A stretch of DNA of 64,000 nucleotides from a bacterium (GTDB lineage Bacteria; Zhuqueibacterota; Zhuqueibacteria; Residuimicrobiales; Krinioviventaceae), in NCBI GenBank assembly GCA_963675755.2, contig CAXXMD010000003.1:2752001-2816000 (forward strand), given 5' to 3'. Position 1 is the first letter of the stretch. The number at the start of each line of letters is the position of its first letter. Under the pieces are notes generated by a model. That model ran no database searches and was not told the origin of the DNA. It saw only the letters and a list, made by a program, of their open reading frames with translations. A program made the translations under genes and the position numbers. This document shows positions 61,229 to 64,000 of the stretch, in pieces.

Positions 61229-62620
61229 TCAATGCACCAGGGTCATTTTCCTGATTTGAGATTGATTGCCAGAAACCAGTTTGTAGAAATATACTCCTGA
61301 TGGAACACGGTTGCCGCTGGCATCTGCGCTGTTCCAGGGGATTGTATATATACCGGCTGTTTGCTGTTTGTCAACCAGGGTAATGATCTCTCTTCCCAAA
61401 ATATCATAAATAGTTAGTTTTGTATGCGCATCTTTTTCTACCCGGTATTGAATAGTGGTTTGGGGATTAAAGGGGTTGGGATAGTTATAAAGTTGAAGCG
61501 AATTAGTAGACATTTGCACATTTTTAGAAAAAATAAATTCAAGAAACATAAAATTATCAATACTCCAGGATGCCGGTTCACCGGTATCAAAGCTTTGACG
61601 CCACCAGAAACGGAACTGTACGGAATCTGATTTTCCCAGCATGTATGTGATGTCAATGAATTCTATCTTGTTATGATTAATGTTATTCTCGCTGCATGCA
61701 ATTTCTTTAATATAACGTTTTACCGGCAGCCAGTTATCTCCATTGTCAACAGTTAACTCTACACAGGCATAAAAAGGACAGTCATGGCTCTGGGTGCCGG
61801 TTATTTTTGAAGTGAATACCAAAGCAAATTCGTTATAGCGATGCTTTTGATATTCAGTGATGTCAAAAACAGGGCTATATAGTATCTCATTCTGGTATTG
61901 TTGTGGTCTAGGAGAAGGATTTGTATTTTCAGGTACTTTTGACCATTGCTTGTTATTAATCATTGCTTTTATTTCACCGGTTTGCTGATTTTTGTCAAGA
62001 TGCCAGGAATTGATAAAATCCTGTTGTTCTGTGTCAGTGCTGTCAAAAGCTGTCCAACCATTGGCGCTCCAATCGGTGTAATAACTGCCAAGTGGTGTGT
62101 TGACCGGAAAACCGGTGAATGTGGTATCTTGAAATGTTTCCAAATAAATAAAATTGTCTTTTCTCGGGTATACAAATATAGAAGTGTCAACACAATCATT
62201 AGCAGGATTTTCATCGCCATTATATAAGGTTTTCACAGATATGTTATATGTAGTCAAATAATTATATACAGTAAAACTAAATATAAACACCCCGCTTGAA
62301 TCACCAGATAATAAGGGTGGAGATTGATCATTTTTGATATATAATGTATCTGTTTGTCCATTTCTGGAAGGAACAGTAATGCATAGCGTGAGTGGAACTG
62401 GACCGAGAGAGTATGTTCCATTATTTTTTATTCTACATGATATGGTTAATTCATTATATTGATACACCATTTGACCCGGTTCAAGACCCAGATCGAGAGA
62501 AACAGGCATAGCATCTATTTCATACTCTAAAACAGAATCAGGCTGAGTTATACCCGTACTTGCAAGTAATGACAACGCAGACATAAACAGGAAAAAAAAC
62601 AGGCAATTGAAAACTTTCAT
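61229..62620 (-). CDS. Secreted protein (CARDB/Ig-like + beta-sandwich) with CTD
   Basis: ATG 62620 signal peptide; IKNNG...DENPAND; WSIDN; NYPNPFNPQT tail. Confidence 0.82.
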   Translation of the reverse strand: MKVFNCLFFFLFMSALSLLASTGITQPDSVLEYEIDAMPVSLDLGLEPGQMVYQYNELTISCRIKNNGTYSLGPVPLTLCITVPSRNGQTDTLYIKNDQSPPLLSGDSSGVFIFSFTVYNYLTTYNISVKTLYNGDENPANDCVDTSIFVYPRKDNFIYLETFQDTTFTGFPVNTPLGSYYTDWSANGWTAFDSTDTEQQDFINSWHLDKNQQTGEIKAMINNKQWSKVPENTNPSPRPQQYQNEILYSPVFDITEYQKHRYNEFALVFTSKITGTQSHDCPFYACVELTVDNGDNWLPVKRYIKEIACSENNINHNKIEFIDITYMLGKSDSVQFRFWWRQSFDTGEPASWSIDNFMFLEFIFSKNVQMSTNSLQLYNYPNPFNPQTTIQYRVEKDAHTKLTIYDILGREIITLVDKQQTAGIYTIPWNSADASGNRVPSGVYFYKLVSGNQSQIRKMTLVH

Positions 62621-62789
62621 GGAATGTCCCCACAGAATGATTGGTGATTTGTTGAAATAAAATATATGAAAAATAAAAGTGTGGTTCAAGAAGGAAAAAA
62701 GAATCGGGCCCCCCGTCTCAACCCTTACCCCTAAAGGTGTCTTACAAGCCCGATGCTGTAAGAGTATACAAATGTAATTCAAAAATATC

Positions 62790-62809
62790 AATACTCCCTA
62801 GGGAGTATT
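62790..62809. promoter_or_regulatory. Perfect 20-bp palindrome, NarL/LuxR-type 7-2-7 operator candidate
   Basis: aaTACTCCC-TA-GGGAGTAtt. Confidence 0.6.
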
Positions 62810-62811
62810 TT

Positions 62812-63516
62812 TTAAATTAAATCAAACGCCTGGGCATATTGTATAATATCAACCAATCGGGTAATATCCAGTTTTTTCATTATGTTTTGACGGTGTGTTT
62901 TTACAGTCAATTTGGAGATATAGAGCCTGTCTGAAATATCGTGGCTGGTATAGCCCAATGCGATCAGTTTTAAAATCTCTTTTTCACGTTTGGTCAATTG
63001 GCTGAATTGTTGAAAATGTTTTTGTACAAAAACCTCTTCTTCTATTACCCGGGCAATTTTTTTGCTCAAATGCCCAAATGAAGAAATAGGGTTGGTAATG
63101 GAGAGAATTAGACCGTCAGATTTTCTGATTTTTGATGTGCTGAAATACCATTCATAAGAAGACTTTGAATCACGGCGAAAGCCTTGAAAAAAACTAAAGA
63201 CATCGCTGGGGTCATTTCTCTGCAGGAAGGACTGTAAATGGGGGATAACGATTTCCGTGGAACCGGGATGAACATATCGGGCCTGGAAATCCAATCCCAG
63301 ATCTTGAATGTCTTTGACTGTCAATTCAAAATGGTTTGCCATTGTATTGTTGGCATTCACAATGGAAATATCTGTATATGAATTGAGATGAATGAATCCC
63401 GGAATGAAATCCATAGACTCGTCCATGGTCAGTTTTTTCTGATTGATCTGTTTGTCCAGACAGAAAATCTGAGCTTTGATCCTTTCAATGGTTTCCATTT
63501 CCCCAATAGATGCCAT
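62812..63516 (-). CDS. LuxR-family HTH regulator with PAS-like N-terminal domain
   Basis: LTKREKEIL-x-L-x3-G...IS-x2-TVKTHRQNIM-x-KL; YVHP PAS-like motif. Confidence 0.9.
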   Translation of the reverse strand: MASIGEMETIERIKAQIFCLDKQINQKKLTMDESMDFIPGFIHLNSYTDISIVNANNTMANHFELTVKDIQDLGLDFQARYVHPGSTEIVIPHLQSFLQRNDPSDVFSFFQGFRRDSKSSYEWYFSTSKIRKSDGLILSITNPISSFGHLSKKIARVIEEEVFVQKHFQQFSQLTKREKEILKLIALGYTSHDISDRLYISKLTVKTHRQNIMKKLDITRLVDIIQYAQAFDLI

Positions 63517-63589
63517 AATTGCCCCAATTATGTTTAATATGAATGGTTATTCAATAAATTAACATGTATCCGCAAAAAATCAAGTTAAA

Positions 63590-64000
63590 TTAATGTTTAT
63601 TGATTCCCCATTTTTTCATTTTTTTATGGAGATTGGTTCTGTCTATGCCCAGTGAATTTGCCGTGTTGCCAATATTCCAGTTGTGGGCAGTGAGAGAGTC
63701 CATTAGAAATTCTTTTTCAAACGCGTTCATGGCTTCCCGAAAACGTATGGGGCGGTTGTCGGACTCGGCATACTCTCCGGACAAAATGCCGCAAATGTCT
63801 TTACCGGTAATTTCTTTATTGTTGGAAAAAATCAATACCCGGTTGATTGCTGCCTGTAGTTCACGCACATTACCCGGCCAGTCATGCTGCATCATACATT
63901 GCAGTGCGTCGGGATTAAAGCCGTCGAACTGCCTGTTGTTTTGCTGGCTAAAGGCTTCTGAAAAGTGATATGCCAGATCGGGAATGTCTTCTCTGCGATC
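63590..64000 (-). CDS. Sigma54-dependent transcriptional regulator, C-terminal part (truncated by window edge)
   Basis: HDWPGNVREL and Fis-type HTH (TANSLGIDRTNLHKKM). Confidence 0.88.
   Translation of the reverse strand, partial: DRREDIPDLAYHFSEAFSQQNNRQFDGFNPDALQCMMQHDWPGNVRELQAAINRVLIFSNNKEITGKDICGILSGEYAESDNRPIRFREAMNAFEKEFLMDSLTAHNWNIGNTANSLGIDRTNLHKKMKKWGINKH

Noticed and set aside
25077-62791. Extended N-termini given by the ORF track (starts 27836, 32370, 38458, 46342, 58049, 59814, 62791)
   Set aside because: They overlap upstream genes or hairpins, or lack an RBS; downstream ATGs with RBS, signal peptide or translational coupling are better starts
86-63968. Numerous short antisense or overlapping ORFs in the track (e.g. 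10566..11189, 13358..13906, 54282..54902, 58080..58331)
   Set aside because: Shadows of real genes or low-complexity intergenic frames without motifs; similarity among antisense ORFs in the array only reflects the DNA repeats

Overview
AT-rich bacterial chromosomal window. The many secreted proteins with a C-terminal 'NYPNPFN' sorting tail (T9SS type A / FlgD-Ig-like CTD) suggest an FCB-group organism such as KSB1/Calditrichota; this is an inference. Left part (1-13.2 kb): a partly decayed redox/detox operon (Zn-ADH, DUF2255, cupins, AKR, CMD, flavodoxin, O-acetyltransferase, DUF3737), a C1 peptidase, GH27, an archaeal-type GlmU-like enzyme, a ThuA-like protein and a small-ORF + nucleotidyltransferase pair. 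Centre (13.2-47.3 kb): one co-oriented locus of about 34 kb. A signalling module (lipoprotein, GAF-sigma54 activator, membrane Hanks kinase with PEGA, Kelch protein, TPR protein) precedes a sigma54-like promoter and 13 consecutive CTD-bearing genes: five VIT/vWA-type proteins, an FG-GAP protein and a tandem array of variable beta-propeller passengers. The most striking signal is at DNA level. CTD-coding segments and gene junctions are near-identical direct repeats flanking divergent passenger regions, CTD type follows the neighbouring gene rather than the paralog, and the paralogs are mosaics. This suggests a recombination-driven cassette array of secreted proteins that uses the sorting-signal DNA as its homology anchor. 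Right part (47.5-64 kb): two OM beta-barrels, isochorismatase, greA with a leader terminator, a short asparaginase-esterase-Lhr operon, GH29, DUF2490, a pentapeptide protein, a LuxR regulator with an adjacent palindrome, and a partial sigma54 regulator. No rRNA, tRNA, CRISPR array, integrase or intact transposase was seen. All comparisons were made by eye.
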